A stretch of DNA of 53,354 bases from a virus (taxonomy: Duplodnaviria; Caudoviricetes): positions 1 to 53,354 of IMG/VR virus record IMGVR_UViG_3300022752_000098; one strand, given 5' to 3'. The notes below the pieces were generated by a model. It did not search any database. It saw nothing but the letters and a program-made list of their open reading frames with translations, and had not been told where the DNA came from. The position numbers and the translations under genes were made by a program. Positions 33,886 through 44,395 of the stretch are shown one piece after another (within the stretch, counting starts at the first letter, position 1; the number at the start of each line of letters is the position of its first letter).

Positions 33886-36800
33886 ATGGCTGACGAAAAC
33901 AAACCAGCGTTCTACCCACGAGTTGGGCGCACCATAGCCAAGAACTTTAGGTCGGCTCAGCCACCAGCCTTTGTTGAAGATCCTAGAGCGATGGATCTGC
34001 CCCAGTACGGCGACGTTGATTTGAGCGTTCCATCTAAGGAAAACCTTGAGATGGCTCGTCGCATGGCTGAGCGCGATGCCCAACTCAAGCGCCAGCAAGA
34101 GGCTGACAGATCACCACTCGAGAAGCTTGCTGGTGGCATACAAGCTGGTAGGTTCCTCGGCTCAGCCCTAACCCAAGGCATCAACTCAATCCCTACTCGC
34201 ATCTTTAAGGGTGATGAGGCGGCTGACAAGTTCATGCAAGAGCGCCTGTATAAGCCTGAGCAACCTCTGGCGTATGAGTACGCAGGTGACGTAGGTGACT
34301 TTCTCGAAAAGCTTGAGACTGAATACAAGATCCCACCAGTGCTACCCGAGGCGGTGGCTTTGCAGTTCCTGTCAGGCCCAGCCACGTCCCAAGCCATGAA
34401 GGCGGCAGGTAAAGGCGTAGAGCGAGCTGGTATGGCGTTAGAGCGTGGCATGGAGCCAGTCGTCAAGGGCGCCTTAGAGCGTGGTGGTCTACCTCGTGAG
34501 ATGGCTATGGCGATGGGTGCTAACACGCAGGCGAACGTGATGAAGCCTTCAGGTAAGGGAGCAAACTGGTTAGGCGGCAAGCGTGGAAGCGTGGAAGCTC
34601 AGCTTGGCAAGATGAAGATGGCTGACTATACAACTCCCGAACAAATGACTGAGTTGCAAAAGTCAATTGATACAGCCAAAAGAATCATGGGTGATGACCC
34701 TGAAGTTCAACGTGCCGTCAATCAAATGGAAAATGAGTTGTCAACTGCTAAGCGTAACAACGCCATCAACTCTTGGATTGATAGCAATCTGCGCAATTAC
34801 GTGAAGAACCAGATGGCTACGCCTGACGATCCAGTCCGTAAGCTTGCAGAAGAAGGCATTTTGCACATGGCTCCTTATGGAGAACAGGGCGTTGTGTCGT
34901 CCCGTTTGATGAACAAGCGTATGGGTTTAGGGCAAGATCCGTTAGGCATGGGGCGCAGTGATCCCGCTAGATTCTGGGAGCGCATGAGCGACATCTCTGT
35001 CGATGCATACCCTGCTGGCTCATACAAATACGGCTCACTAGATGAGTCGATCCTTGCGGATAATCCATGGCTTCAGAAGGTTCCTGACGACACCATGATT
35101 TACTCTGGCAAAGGGTTGAGTGGCGATCTTGGCTTTGATCACATCATTGATGTACTGCGTCAAGATGTCCGTGAAGGCCGCATTCGTCCAGAGCAACTAA
35201 ACAAAGTCAGCATGGAGCAAGCTGTGCGACGTGTTCATGAGTACGACCAAGAGATGGCTAAGAAGATGGCTGAGGCTCAAGTTAAGGCTACCGAGGGTAT
35301 GCCTGTTTACAAAGAATATCCAGAGGGCTATAAGTGGATTGAACTTACTACGCCAGAGCCAAAAATACCCGAAGGTTCTGTGTTTGAAGAGTACAACGGT
35401 ATGCAACGCTTATTTGGGCCTAATGGTGAGTCGCTCAGTGTTGGCGCAACCAAAGAAGAGGCCACAAAACTCTATAAGCGGCAAGAGCGAGAAAAGCAAC
35501 TTGAAGAAGCCTTGCAGTACGAAGGCAACACTATGGGCCACTGCGTCGGAGGCTATTGCCCTGACGTGCTGGAAGGCCGCACACGGATCTTCAGCCTGCG
35601 CGATACCAAGGGTGAGCCACATGTGACGGTTGAGGTTCAACCAAACCAGCATTTAGATTACAACTCTTGGTTCAATAAACAACCAGAAGAAATTCAAAAC
35701 AAGATTGCTCAACGTAGGTTGCAAGACAAAAATCACGACATATACGAAGGCCCAGAATATCTTGCCGCTCGTGAAGCTTTGGCTCCACGCATTGTTCAGA
35801 TTAAAGGTAAACAGAACCGCGCACCAAAAGAAGACTACCTGCCATATGTTCAGGACTTTGTAAGAAGCGGTAATTGGTCTCAGGTTGGTGACTTACAAAA
35901 TACTGGCTTAATTCGCAAGAGTGACTTGATCGATAAGTTTTCTCCAGATGAATTAGATGCTATAGGCGCTGGTGAATTTCTTACCAAAGGCGAACACGAT
36001 GATTTGTTGCTAAAAGCATTGCGCCCACCAGCCGAAGGCATGAAGCGTGGCGGTGTGGTCATCTCCAACAACCCAGACACCATGATGCTGGAAGTTAACA
36101 ACCAGAAGATGAAGAACGGCGTTCCTGCATACGGCGGTGCTGGTGCTGTTCTCAAGGAAGGTCTGAAGGCGGTTAAGCCACCAAAAATTGAGGTTCCTAT
36201 TCGCTTTCCAGTCTCAAGAGGCCCTAGCATTCCAGAGATCAGGGCTATGGCTGAGCGCATGGCTCCTCAAGTCATGGGTGAGTTTGTTCGCGCCGCACCA
36301 ACGCCAAGCAACCCAAAGCCAAGCACAAGCGTAATTGGCAAAACTCAGAAACAGTTTGAGCGTGAAAAGACGTTGCCGATTGAGTACGAGAACATTAAGC
36401 CAGAAGTAACGCCTGAAGAGTTTGACTACGCCAAGAAGAAGGGCGCTTTGCTAATTGGTGCGCAGGGGGATGTGACGCCCGGCAACCGCATGTTGATGTC
36501 AATCGATGAGCAACCGCTGTCCGTTCCTGTTCACCTGCAAGCTGGGCCTGAGTGGGAACTGTACAACCCCACAGCATGGGCGGCCTCAGACCAGATGGCT
36601 AAGACTTACATGAAGAGAGCAGGTCAAGCCGCAGAGGCTTATGACGCTGACCCGTATCTGCACTATCACAAGATGACACCAGATGCGAACTTCTATGCCA
36701 TGCATCACCTAAACTCAGTCCTTGGACATTTGCGACCAGAAGAACTGATGTTGCGTGACCCCAAGCTGTATCAACAAATGGTAGAAGAGATCCGCACACG

Positions 36801-37389
36801 CGACGTAGGCTATGGTAAGCATCCTGAGTTTGAAGGGTTTGAAGACCCGCTGAACTTACAGATCCACGCCCAAATGGATCCTAACTTCCGTCGCCATCTT
36901 AGCGCTATCTTCAATGGCCCCAAGTTTACTGAGCGCTACGGCTTGAACAGTGGTCAGGATGTATTAGCCGCCACATCGTTGCCAGAGCTTCGTGACTTAG
37001 AAGCTGGCGCTAGTGGCTATGCTGTCGTGCCGTTAGACGTTAAGGCTCCCTTGAAACACTTTGGGGCTGAGAGCCAAACCTACGATACTGGCTTCCCCAA
37101 GGCTGGCCCTTCTGGACGTTCTAAGTATCCTTCGCCCTACCAGCTAATCTATCGTGATACGCTGAATTGGATGAAGGAGAACCCTTCTGAGAATAAGTCG
37201 AGTGAGTTTGGTCGCATGAATATGATCGTGCCTAAGCAACAGATTGACAACGAGCTAATCGAGGCCATTGGTGAGTACCAACGCCGCATGAAGGAGCTGA
37301 CAGGCAAGAAGAAGGGTGGAGCTGTCAAGAAAGCCGCTGGTGGCGCTATTACTGGTGACGACTTAATCTTAGAAGAGAGACCACTATGA
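33886..37389 (+). CDS. Large polyvalent-type protein with PcfJ-like domain; apparent two-module fusion
   Basis: EGNTMGHCVGGY...IFSLRD.KGEPHVTVEV...QIKGKQN; internal MKRGG..NNPDTM motif. Confidence 0.65.
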   Translation: MADENKPAFYPRVGRTIAKNFRSAQPPAFVEDPRAMDLPQYGDVDLSVPSKENLEMARRMAERDAQLKRQQEADRSPLEKLAGGIQAGRFLGSALTQGINSIPTRIFKGDEAADKFMQERLYKPEQPLAYEYAGDVGDFLEKLETEYKIPPVLPEAVALQFLSGPATSQAMKAAGKGVERAGMALERGMEPVVKGALERGGLPREMAMAMGANTQANVMKPSGKGANWLGGKRGSVEAQLGKMKMADYTTPEQMTELQKSIDTAKRIMGDDPEVQRAVNQMENELSTAKRNNAINSWIDSNLRNYVKNQMATPDDPVRKLAEEGILHMAPYGEQGVVSSRLMNKRMGLGQDPLGMGRSDPARFWERMSDISVDAYPAGSYKYGSLDESILADNPWLQKVPDDTMIYSGKGLSGDLGFDHIIDVLRQDVREGRIRPEQLNKVSMEQAVRRVHEYDQEMAKKMAEAQVKATEGMPVYKEYPEGYKWIELTTPEPKIPEGSVFEEYNGMQRLFGPNGESLSVGATKEEATKLYKRQEREKQLEEALQYEGNTMGHCVGGYCPDVLEGRTRIFSLRDTKGEPHVTVEVQPNQHLDYNSWFNKQPEEIQNKIAQRRLQDKNHDIYEGPEYLAAREALAPRIVQIKGKQNRAPKEDYLPYVQDFVRSGNWSQVGDLQNTGLIRKSDLIDKFSPDELDAIGAGEFLTKGEHDDLLLKALRPPAEGMKRGGVVISNNPDTMMLEVNNQKMKNGVPAYGGAGAVLKEGLKAVKPPKIEVPIRFPVSRGPSIPEIRAMAERMAPQVMGEFVRAAPTPSNPKPSTSVIGKTQKQFEREKTLPIEYENIKPEVTPEEFDYAKKKGALLIGAQGDVTPGNRMLMSIDEQPLSVPVHLQAGPEWELYNPTAWAASDQMAKTYMKRAGQAAEAYDADPYLHYHKMTPDANFYAMHHLNSVLGHLRPEELMLRDPKLYQQMVEEIRTRDVGYGKHPEFEGFEDPLNLQIHAQMDPNFRRHLSAIFNGPKFTERYGLNSGQDVLAATSLPELRDLEAGASGYAVVPLDVKAPLKHFGAESQTYDTGFPKAGPSGRSKYPSPYQLIYRDTLNWMKENPSENKSSEFGRMNMIVPKQQIDNELIEAIGEYQRRMKELTGKKKGGAVKKAAGGAITGDDLILEERPL

Positions 37390-38969
37390 GCCTCATTGGA
37401 GCCTTGACCCAAGTTGGCGGTAAAGCCGTCAAGAAGACTGCACCTTTCTACTCTGCTGTAGATGAGGCGTTAGCTAACCTAAAGCGCAACAAGGGTACGG
37501 GCATTGAGTTCTTGACGGAAGTGCTGAAGCAACCCGGTGTCAAGAAGGCGGAGATAGCTGACCGCAAGCTTGAGCAGGCATTCAAAGCCAAGGGCAAGAT
37601 GACCAAGGAAGAGGCACAGCAAGTCCTCGCTGACAACCCGCCACCTAAGCTTCAAGAAAGGATACGCGAAGAGCTTACCGACAAAGAGCGTCAAGAAATG
37701 ATTGACGACAACATGGAGCGGTATGACTACAGGCGCTACAACGACGTTCCTAGTTCGCGTATGCAAGAGTGGCATGATGAAATTGATGCCGAAGACGTGC
37801 AACATGCCGCGCACAGGTTGCCCGGTGGGTCAAACTACCGCGAGATCTTGTTGAAGCTACCCAAAGAATTCAGCGATATAGAGTCAAGACGCATGATGTC
37901 CCTTGAGGCTAACCTGCGTCGTGGTGAATTGCCAGAATCTCAAATGCAAGAGCTTTTGGCTTTACAGGCAAAAAAACAAAATTCACAAGAGCCATATTAT
38001 TCGTCTCATTATTTGACTGACCCCAACCTTTTAGCGCACATGCGTGTCATAGACCGCAAAGGCCCGAATGGTGAGAAGATCCTGCACGTTGAAGAGATCC
38101 AATCTGACTGGCATCAGGAAGGCCGCAAAAAAGGCTATCAACTTTCCGATAAAGATTGGACAAAAGAAGATGCTGACAGATTGGAAGATTTGGTTGCCAA
38201 TCAACGCAACTTAAATGATTCTGATAGAAAAGAGTTGCAAGCATTAAGAGACAAAGGCACTATCATTAGGGAAAAAATAGGTGTACCCGACGCACCATTC
38301 AAAAAGAATTGGCACGAGCTGGCTATGAAGCGCCTGCTTAACTACGCCGCTGACAATGGGTACGACAGCATCGCCATAACGCCCGGCTCAGAGCAAGCCA
38401 AGCGTTGGAAAAACGAAGCACTCAAGGTTCACTACGATCAAAAGATCCCACAGTTCTTGAATGAGTTTGGCAGACCGTACGGCGTAGAGATGGGACAGAT
38501 GCCATTTGATGCAGGCGGCTATAAGGTTAACCGCGACAACTTCCCACTGCCATATCGTGTAGAACTGCAAAACTCGCCTGACATCATTTCACGCCACGCT
38601 ACACCAGAGGAGGCTTGGGCAGAGGCTGAAAGACTTGGATCAATCCCCCTGCACCACTTCAAGGTCACGCCAGAGATGCGTGAGTCCATCAAGCAAAAGG
38701 GCTTACCCCTGTACCAACAGATCGGCATCCCAACTGCTGGCGCTGGTGCGGCTTCTCAGATACCTGAAACAATGCAAGAACCCGTGCTTGAACCAGAAGT
38801 TAAAAAGGCTGATGGCGGCGCAGTAAATTTCAACACAGCACCTGATATGTCTGACGGAGGGCGTATCATGCAGGGTGCTCCATTTAAACGTGGAGGTAAA
38901 GTCAAGTTGACAACCAACCGCGATACCATGTTCATGGAACTGAGCAACAAGAAGCTCAAAAGGAAATAA
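37386..38969 (+). CDS. Large polyvalent-type protein (EEIQSDWHQ domain)
   Basis: FYSAV, GVKKAEI, LPGGSNYREILL, VEEIQSDWHQ, PDAPFKK.W, GYDSIA. Confidence 0.6.
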   Translation: MSLIGALTQVGGKAVKKTAPFYSAVDEALANLKRNKGTGIEFLTEVLKQPGVKKAEIADRKLEQAFKAKGKMTKEEAQQVLADNPPPKLQERIREELTDKERQEMIDDNMERYDYRRYNDVPSSRMQEWHDEIDAEDVQHAAHRLPGGSNYREILLKLPKEFSDIESRRMMSLEANLRRGELPESQMQELLALQAKKQNSQEPYYSSHYLTDPNLLAHMRVIDRKGPNGEKILHVEEIQSDWHQEGRKKGYQLSDKDWTKEDADRLEDLVANQRNLNDSDRKELQALRDKGTIIREKIGVPDAPFKKNWHELAMKRLLNYAADNGYDSIAITPGSEQAKRWKNEALKVHYDQKIPQFLNEFGRPYGVEMGQMPFDAGGYKVNRDNFPLPYRVELQNSPDIISRHATPEEAWAEAERLGSIPLHHFKVTPEMRESIKQKGLPLYQQIGIPTAGAGAASQIPETMQEPVLEPEVKKADGGAVNFNTAPDMSDGGRIMQGAPFKRGGKVKLTTNRDTMFMELSNKKLKRK

Positions 38970-38972
38970 GCT

Positions 38973-41531
38973 ATGGCGACACAATTCCCACAAGACCCAA
39001 ACGCAGGTCGCTTTATTGATGGTCTGAGAGATCAGCAAGCTGAGGCTGACCAAGACATGGAGTTTGAGATCCCTACTGACGACCAAGAGATTGAGGAGCT
39101 CCCAGACGGGTCTGCCATTGTGCGTATGCCAACCAAAGGCCCGATGGAGGACGAAGACTTCTACCAGAACTTGTCTGATGTGCTTGATCCATACGACCTG
39201 AACAAGATCGCTATGCGCTATATGGACTTGGTCGAGAACGACAAAAAGTCCCGTGAGGAGCGCGACAAGAAGTACGAAGAGGGTTTGAAGCGCACGGGTA
39301 TGGGGAATGATGCCCCCGGCGGTGCAACCTTCATGGGCGCATCAAAAGTGGTACACCCAGTGATGGCTGAAGCCTGCGTTGACTTCGCTTCTCGTGCCAT
39401 CAAGGAGATGTTTCCACCTGATGGGCCAACCCGCACCAAGATCTTGGGCAAGGTTGACGAGGAGAAGATCACCAAAGCCGAGCGTAAGCGCGACTACATG
39501 AACTGGCAGTTGACTGAGCAGATCGAAGAGTTCCGCGACGAGCAGGAGCAGATGCTGACTCAGCTCCCACTAGGTGGCTCACAGTACATGAAGCTCTGGT
39601 ACGACGAGAAAAAGAAGCGTCCCTGTGCTGAGTTCATGCCAATCGACAACATCCTGTTGCCTTTTGCCGCGGCTAACTTCTACACAGCCCAGCGCGTCAC
39701 TGAAATGCAGACGATCACCGAGTGGGAGTTCAAGAACCGCATTCGCTCAGGTCTGTACCGTGACATCGACCTGATTCGCGTCAGTGCTGAGCCAGAGGAA
39801 ACCCACTCTGAGAAAGCTAACAACAAGATTGAAGGTCGCAAGTACGAAGATAACGAAGACGGTCTGCGTAAGGTCTACCACATCTACACATGGCTTGAGC
39901 TTGATGACGACCCACTGACAGACGGTGAGTCCGCCCCATATATCCTGATGGTTGACGAGCATGAGAATGAGTGCGTTGGTCTCTACCGTAATTGGGAAGA
40001 GGGCGACGAAACCATGACCAAACTTGATTGGCTGGTCGAGTTTAAGTTCATCCCATGGCGTGGTGCGTACGCTATTGGCTTGCCACAGCTTATAGGAGGG
40101 CTGTCAGCGGCTCTTACAGGCTCTCTGCGCGCTTTATTGGACTCTGCCCATATCAACAATGCGGCAACCATGCTCAAGCTCAAGGGAGCGAAGATCTCGG
40201 GTCAGTCCCAACAGGTTGACGTAACGCAGGTTTGTGAGATTGAAGGCGCCCCCGGTGTTGACGACATCCGCAAGATCGCTATGCCTATGCCTTTCAACCC
40301 ACCTTCAGCCGTGTTATTCCAGCTTCTAGGCTGGTTAGATGGCGCGGCTAAGGGGGTAGTGACCACCGCAGAGGAAAAGATTGCTGACGTCAACTCCAAC
40401 ACCCCTGTTGGAACCACCCAAGCGCTGATTGAACAGGGTGCGGCAGTATTCTCTGCCATCCACGCACGTTTGCACGACAGTCAAGGTCGCGTTTTGAAGA
40501 TCCTTGGACGCCTGAATCGCTGGTATTTGGATGAACAGCGCAAGGGTGAGATCGTTGCTGACCTTGAAATTAACAAGGAAGACTTCGCATCGAACACAGA
40601 TGTGATCCCTGTCTCTGATCCGCACATCTTCTCTGAGACCCAACGTATGGCGCAGACTCAGTCAGTGATGGCGATCATGGAAAAAAATCCAGATTTGTTT
40701 AACCGCAAGGTAGTGATTGAGCGTTTCTTGAAGCAGATCAAGGTGCCCGGGATCAACGAGCTGATGAAAGACGTCCCCAACCCCGAAGAGCGCCCAGTTG
40801 CCGACGAAAACGTCGCCATGGCTCTCGGTCAGATGGGTTTTGCCTTTATTGATCAAGACCACTTGGCTCACATTCAGGGTCACTTGGACTTTGCTAAAGA
40901 TCCAGCCTTTGGTGCTAACCCCATGATCGCGCCAGCTTTTATCCCTCAAGTCATGGAGCACATCAAACAGCACATCACCTTGTGGTACTTGAAGCGCATG
41001 AACGGTTATGTAACCAAATCTACTGGTAAAAAAGACGCAGATTACGCAAATCCCAAGTTTACAGCCGAGATTGACAAGATATACGCCTTGGCATCTCAAC
41101 ACGTTGCTATGGACAGTGAGAAAGCGTTCAAGGGTGTCATGCCTGTCATCCAGCAGATGATCCAAATGATGCAACAGAACAAGCAACAAGCTCCCTTGCC
41201 ACCCGAAGCGCAGGTTCTCATGCAGACCAGCATGGCGGAAACCCAGCGCCGTGCCGCAAAAGACCAAGCTGACTTACAGTTGGCTGACAAACGTCTCATG
41301 CTAGAAGGTCAAGCGGACGCCGCAAGACTGCAAGCTGAGATGGCTAAGCAACAACAGTCGGATAGCGTCAAGATGTCAGTCAATTCTGCTGACAACCTGA
41401 CCAAAGAACGTATTGAATCTGCAAAATTGACGCGAGACGCGGCGAAATTGCAAAACGAGCAGGCTCAGACTGCACTGAAGCTTCAAAAAGAAGCACAACA
41501 AACCCTAGGAGATCGAAATGGCTACATCTAA
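38973..41531 (+). CDS. Portal protein
   Basis: 852 aa; GASKVVHPVMAEAC; PVGTTQALIEQG..VFSAIHARLH; Q-rich C-terminal coiled coil. Confidence 0.85.
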   Translation: MATQFPQDPNAGRFIDGLRDQQAEADQDMEFEIPTDDQEIEELPDGSAIVRMPTKGPMEDEDFYQNLSDVLDPYDLNKIAMRYMDLVENDKKSREERDKKYEEGLKRTGMGNDAPGGATFMGASKVVHPVMAEACVDFASRAIKEMFPPDGPTRTKILGKVDEEKITKAERKRDYMNWQLTEQIEEFRDEQEQMLTQLPLGGSQYMKLWYDEKKKRPCAEFMPIDNILLPFAAANFYTAQRVTEMQTITEWEFKNRIRSGLYRDIDLIRVSAEPEETHSEKANNKIEGRKYEDNEDGLRKVYHIYTWLELDDDPLTDGESAPYILMVDEHENECVGLYRNWEEGDETMTKLDWLVEFKFIPWRGAYAIGLPQLIGGLSAALTGSLRALLDSAHINNAATMLKLKGAKISGQSQQVDVTQVCEIEGAPGVDDIRKIAMPMPFNPPSAVLFQLLGWLDGAAKGVVTTAEEKIADVNSNTPVGTTQALIEQGAAVFSAIHARLHDSQGRVLKILGRLNRWYLDEQRKGEIVADLEINKEDFASNTDVIPVSDPHIFSETQRMAQTQSVMAIMEKNPDLFNRKVVIERFLKQIKVPGINELMKDVPNPEERPVADENVAMALGQMGFAFIDQDHLAHIQGHLDFAKDPAFGANPMIAPAFIPQVMEHIKQHITLWYLKRMNGYVTKSTGKKDADYANPKFTAEIDKIYALASQHVAMDSEKAFKGVMPVIQQMIQMMQQNKQQAPLPPEAQVLMQTSMAETQRRAAKDQADLQLADKRLMLEGQADAARLQAEMAKQQQSDSVKMSVNSADNLTKERIESAKLTRDAAKLQNEQAQTALKLQKEAQQTLGDRNGYI

Positions 41532-41673
41532 CCCTTACCACAACGAAGCAGTGCCCATGCACAAGCGTATTGCCGCAGGCGAAAAGCTTGATGGCACGTC
41601 CTTGAAGTCAACTGGCGGTCAACAACCTGCCAAAAAACAAGGAGGCGCTCTATCGCAAGCTAAAAAGAAATAA
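41518..41673 (+). CDS. Small basic protein (51 aa, not in the ORF track)
   Basis: AGGAG RBS; MATSNPYH...PMHKRIAAG...KKQGGALSQAKKK*. Confidence 0.65.
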   Translation: MATSNPYHNEAVPMHKRIAAGEKLDGTSLKSTGGQQPAKKQGGALSQAKKK

Positions 41674-41865
41674 ATGTTATTCAATTTAGGTGATCTGATC
41701 GGCGCAATAAAGGCGCGCCAAGCTGAAATAGCTCATTCCTTAGCGGCTGGAAACGTCGCGTCATGGGAGGCGTACCAACGCACGGTCGGACAGAACTTGG
41801 GATTGCAGGAAACCCTCGATCTCATTAACAAAATGTTAAAGGAAAATGAAGAAGATGAGCGATAA
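41674..41865 (+). CDS. Hypothetical protein
   Basis: SWEAYQRTVG...GL; precedes the GroES-like gene. Confidence 0.7.
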   Translation: MLFNLGDLIGAIKARQAEIAHSLAAGNVASWEAYQRTVGQNLGLQETLDLINKMLKENEEDER

Positions 41866-42289
41866 CCCCGAAGTGTTGGAAAACGCTGAAGTGAAGTGGG
41901 CATTCCCCGCTGTGAACCCGGGTGCTAAGCCATTAGGTGGTCGAATTTTGGTGCAATTACGTCGCACACGACAGAAAACGACAGGCGCAGGGATCATTTT
42001 GGTGGAAGAGACCAAAGAGAGCGAGAAATGGAACAACATGGTGGCAAAAGTCATCGAAGTTGGCCCTCTTGCATTTAAAAACCGAGACACCATGCAAGGT
42101 TGGCCAGAAGGCTCGTGGTGCGAAGTTGGTGATTACATCCGAGTCCCCAAATGGGGCGGAGATCGTTGGGAAGTTAAGGTCACAGGCGAGGACGATCACG
42201 AAGATCCAGCCCTTTTTATGATCTTGAACGACCACGAAATCATTGCCAAAGTCATTGGTGATCCCTTAGCTATGAAAGCATTTTTATGA
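41855..42289 (+). CDS. groES: GroES/Cpn10-like co-chaperonin
   Basis: KPLGGRILVQ, TGAGIIL mobile loop, VIEVGP, VGD, ILNDHEIIA. Confidence 0.85.
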   Translation: MSDNPEVLENAEVKWAFPAVNPGAKPLGGRILVQLRRTRQKTTGAGIILVEETKESEKWNNMVAKVIEVGPLAFKNRDTMQGWPEGSWCEVGDYIRVPKWGGDRWEVKVTGEDDHEDPALFMILNDHEIIAKVIGDPLAMKAFL

Positions 42290-43233
42290 CCACAGAAAAC
42301 GAACTTGAAAAGATTGTTGTAACGGAAGAGGCGGACGGTTCAGCCGTTATTGACCTGCCTGACAGCATTGAATCCCCTGACAACGACGACGACGACCGAG
42401 ATATGGCGTCTGGTGGCTCGTCTAACGACGATGTAGCCCCTGAAGACGAGACAGAGTACCAACGTGCTCGTCGTGAGAAAAGACGCGCTAAGCGTGATTT
42501 AGCCAAGAAGACAGGCGTAGAGAAGGACATGAAACTCCAGCACTTGGAACGCAAGAACCAAGAATTGATGGAGCGTTTGTCCGTGGTAGAGCGCAAAACG
42601 CACTCTGCTGACTTAGCCCGTATTGATAAAGCTATTGAAGACCAAGAGCTACGTCTTCAGTACGCCAAGATGAAGATCGCTGAGGCGGCTTCTGCGGCGG
42701 ACGGTAACGCCATGACTGACGCACAAGAGATGATGTATGAGGCTCGTCGTCAGATTGAGGCTTTGGCGTCCTTTAAGAAGTCTGCTGTTGAACCACGCCA
42801 AACCCAAGGAAACGTCCCAGATCCTCGCTTACAACGTTTAGCGGCGAACTGGATGGAAAGAAATGATTGGTACGACCCAAGCGGTCGGGATACCGATTCC
42901 AAGATTGCAAAGCAGATTGACGAGACTCTAGTAGCTGAAGGTTGGAACCCAACTGATCAAGAATATTGGAATGAACTCGATAATCGCTTGCATAAGTACT
43001 TGCCACACAAGTACAATGACAGCACGGACGTACGTTCGTCTACTAAGAGACCAAGGAGTGTTGTAACAAGTTCTGGTCGCGAAAGCGTCAACGGAAGCAC
43101 CAACAGGAACACATTTGTACTGAAACCAGAACAAGTGCGTGCAATGAAGGATGCTGGCTTTTGGGATGATCCCGAGAAGCGATCCAAGATGATTAAGCGA
43201 TATGCGCAAGAAGCTAGAAACAACTCTTACTAA
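42286..43233 (+). CDS. Capsid scaffolding protein
   Basis: Acidic N-terminus, long coiled coil, W..RN.W, between portal and MCP. Confidence 0.65.
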   Translation: MTTENELEKIVVTEEADGSAVIDLPDSIESPDNDDDDRDMASGGSSNDDVAPEDETEYQRARREKRRAKRDLAKKTGVEKDMKLQHLERKNQELMERLSVVERKTHSADLARIDKAIEDQELRLQYAKMKIAEAASAADGNAMTDAQEMMYEARRQIEALASFKKSAVEPRQTQGNVPDPRLQRLAANWMERNDWYDPSGRDTDSKIAKQIDETLVAEGWNPTDQEYWNELDNRLHKYLPHKYNDSTDVRSSTKRPRSVVTSSGRESVNGSTNRNTFVLKPEQVRAMKDAGFWDDPEKRSKMIKRYAQEARNNSY

Positions 43234-43243
43234 GGAAACAAGT

Positions 43244-43795
43244 ATGACCGAATCACGTTTGAAAAAATCTCTGAACGCAGGTGGACGCAATGATCGCGCA
43301 AGCGAGGACGCAAGTCGCGCCGCTCCAGAAACAAAGTTCGTAAGCTCACAGGAACGTCGAAAGATGTGGAGTGATGAATGGAACCAATCAGCACTGCCAA
43401 AAGTACCAGAGATGCCGGGCTGGCACCTCATTTGGCTCTCAACCACCAACGCATACGACACCATTGATAAAAGGGTGCGACTTGGATATACACCCGTGAA
43501 AGCGGACGAAATGTCTGGGTTCGACAACTACAAAGTCAAGGCTGGAGAACACGTTGGGTACATATCATGCAACGAGATGTTGCTGTTCAAATTGCCCATG
43601 GATGTCTACCAAGACGTCATGACGCAACTGCACTACGAAGCTCCCATGGAAGAAGCGGACAAAGTCCGTATTCAACTTGAGAACCTTCAAGGTCAGCGGG
43701 ACAGTAGCGGTAAGTCGCTGGTACGGTTGGAAGGCGAAGGTATGGGTAGGTTTGACCAATCTCAATCTAATCGTGCCCCCATTTTTGAGGGCTAA
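43244..43795 (+). CDS. Head assembly-associated protein
   Basis: P..PGWH..W...RLGYTPV...LLFKLP; position. Confidence 0.6.
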   Translation: MTESRLKKSLNAGGRNDRASEDASRAAPETKFVSSQERRKMWSDEWNQSALPKVPEMPGWHLIWLSTTNAYDTIDKRVRLGYTPVKADEMSGFDNYKVKAGEHVGYISCNEMLLFKLPMDVYQDVMTQLHYEAPMEEADKVRIQLENLQGQRDSSGKSLVRLEGEGMGRFDQSQSNRAPIFEG

Positions 43796-43813
43796 CCTCT
43801 AAGGAGTAAGACT

Positions 43814-44383
43814 ATGTCTGCAACATCTGCTCCGTTTGGCTTTCGCCCTGTTTACCACCCTTCTGGGTTGGATCGAGCAGTTGCGTTGGCTAACGGTATT
43901 CCCAGTGCTTATGCCACTGGTATTCTTAAAAACCAACCCGTAGCTTTGGATACGAACGGTAACATCATTCCCGCAACAGCAGGTAGTGCCTTCATTGGCG
44001 TATTTGCTGGTGTGGAATACACTGATGCTTCTGGTCGTAGACAAATCAACAATCAATGGCCTGCCAATACAGCGTATCAAGCTGGCTCATGCATTGTGTA
44101 CTACTATCAAGATCAACAGATCGTGTATGAAGTGCAATCCAACGCAACGCTGGCTCAGACCGCTATTGGTGACCAAGCAAATATGGCTTCCGCAACAGCA
44201 GGTAGTACAACTACTGGCTTGTCAGCGGCTATGCTTGGAACCGTAGTCGGTGCAGGCTCGCAAGGTGATTTCCGAATCATCGACATCGCCCCATATGCAG
44301 GTAATGCATTTGGAGACCCGTTTGTGATAGTGCGCGTGCAAATTAGCCGCCACCAGTACACAGCTAACATCGTAGCCATTTAA
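43814..44383 (+). CDS. Capsid decoration/minor capsid protein
   Basis: APFGFRPV; IGVFAGVEY; directly upstream of MCP. Confidence 0.65.
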   Translation: MSATSAPFGFRPVYHPSGLDRAVALANGIPSAYATGILKNQPVALDTNGNIIPATAGSAFIGVFAGVEYTDASGRRQINNQWPANTAYQAGSCIVYYYQDQQIVYEVQSNATLAQTAIGDQANMASATAGSTTTGLSAAMLGTVVGAGSQGDFRIIDIAPYAGNAFGDPFVIVRVQISRHQYTANIVAI

Positions 44384-44395
44384 AGGAGTCCCATT

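Noticed and set aside
33957-41267. Long minus-strand ORFs (e.g. 33957-34580, 40662-41267)
   Set aside because: Antisense shadows of well-supported + strand genes
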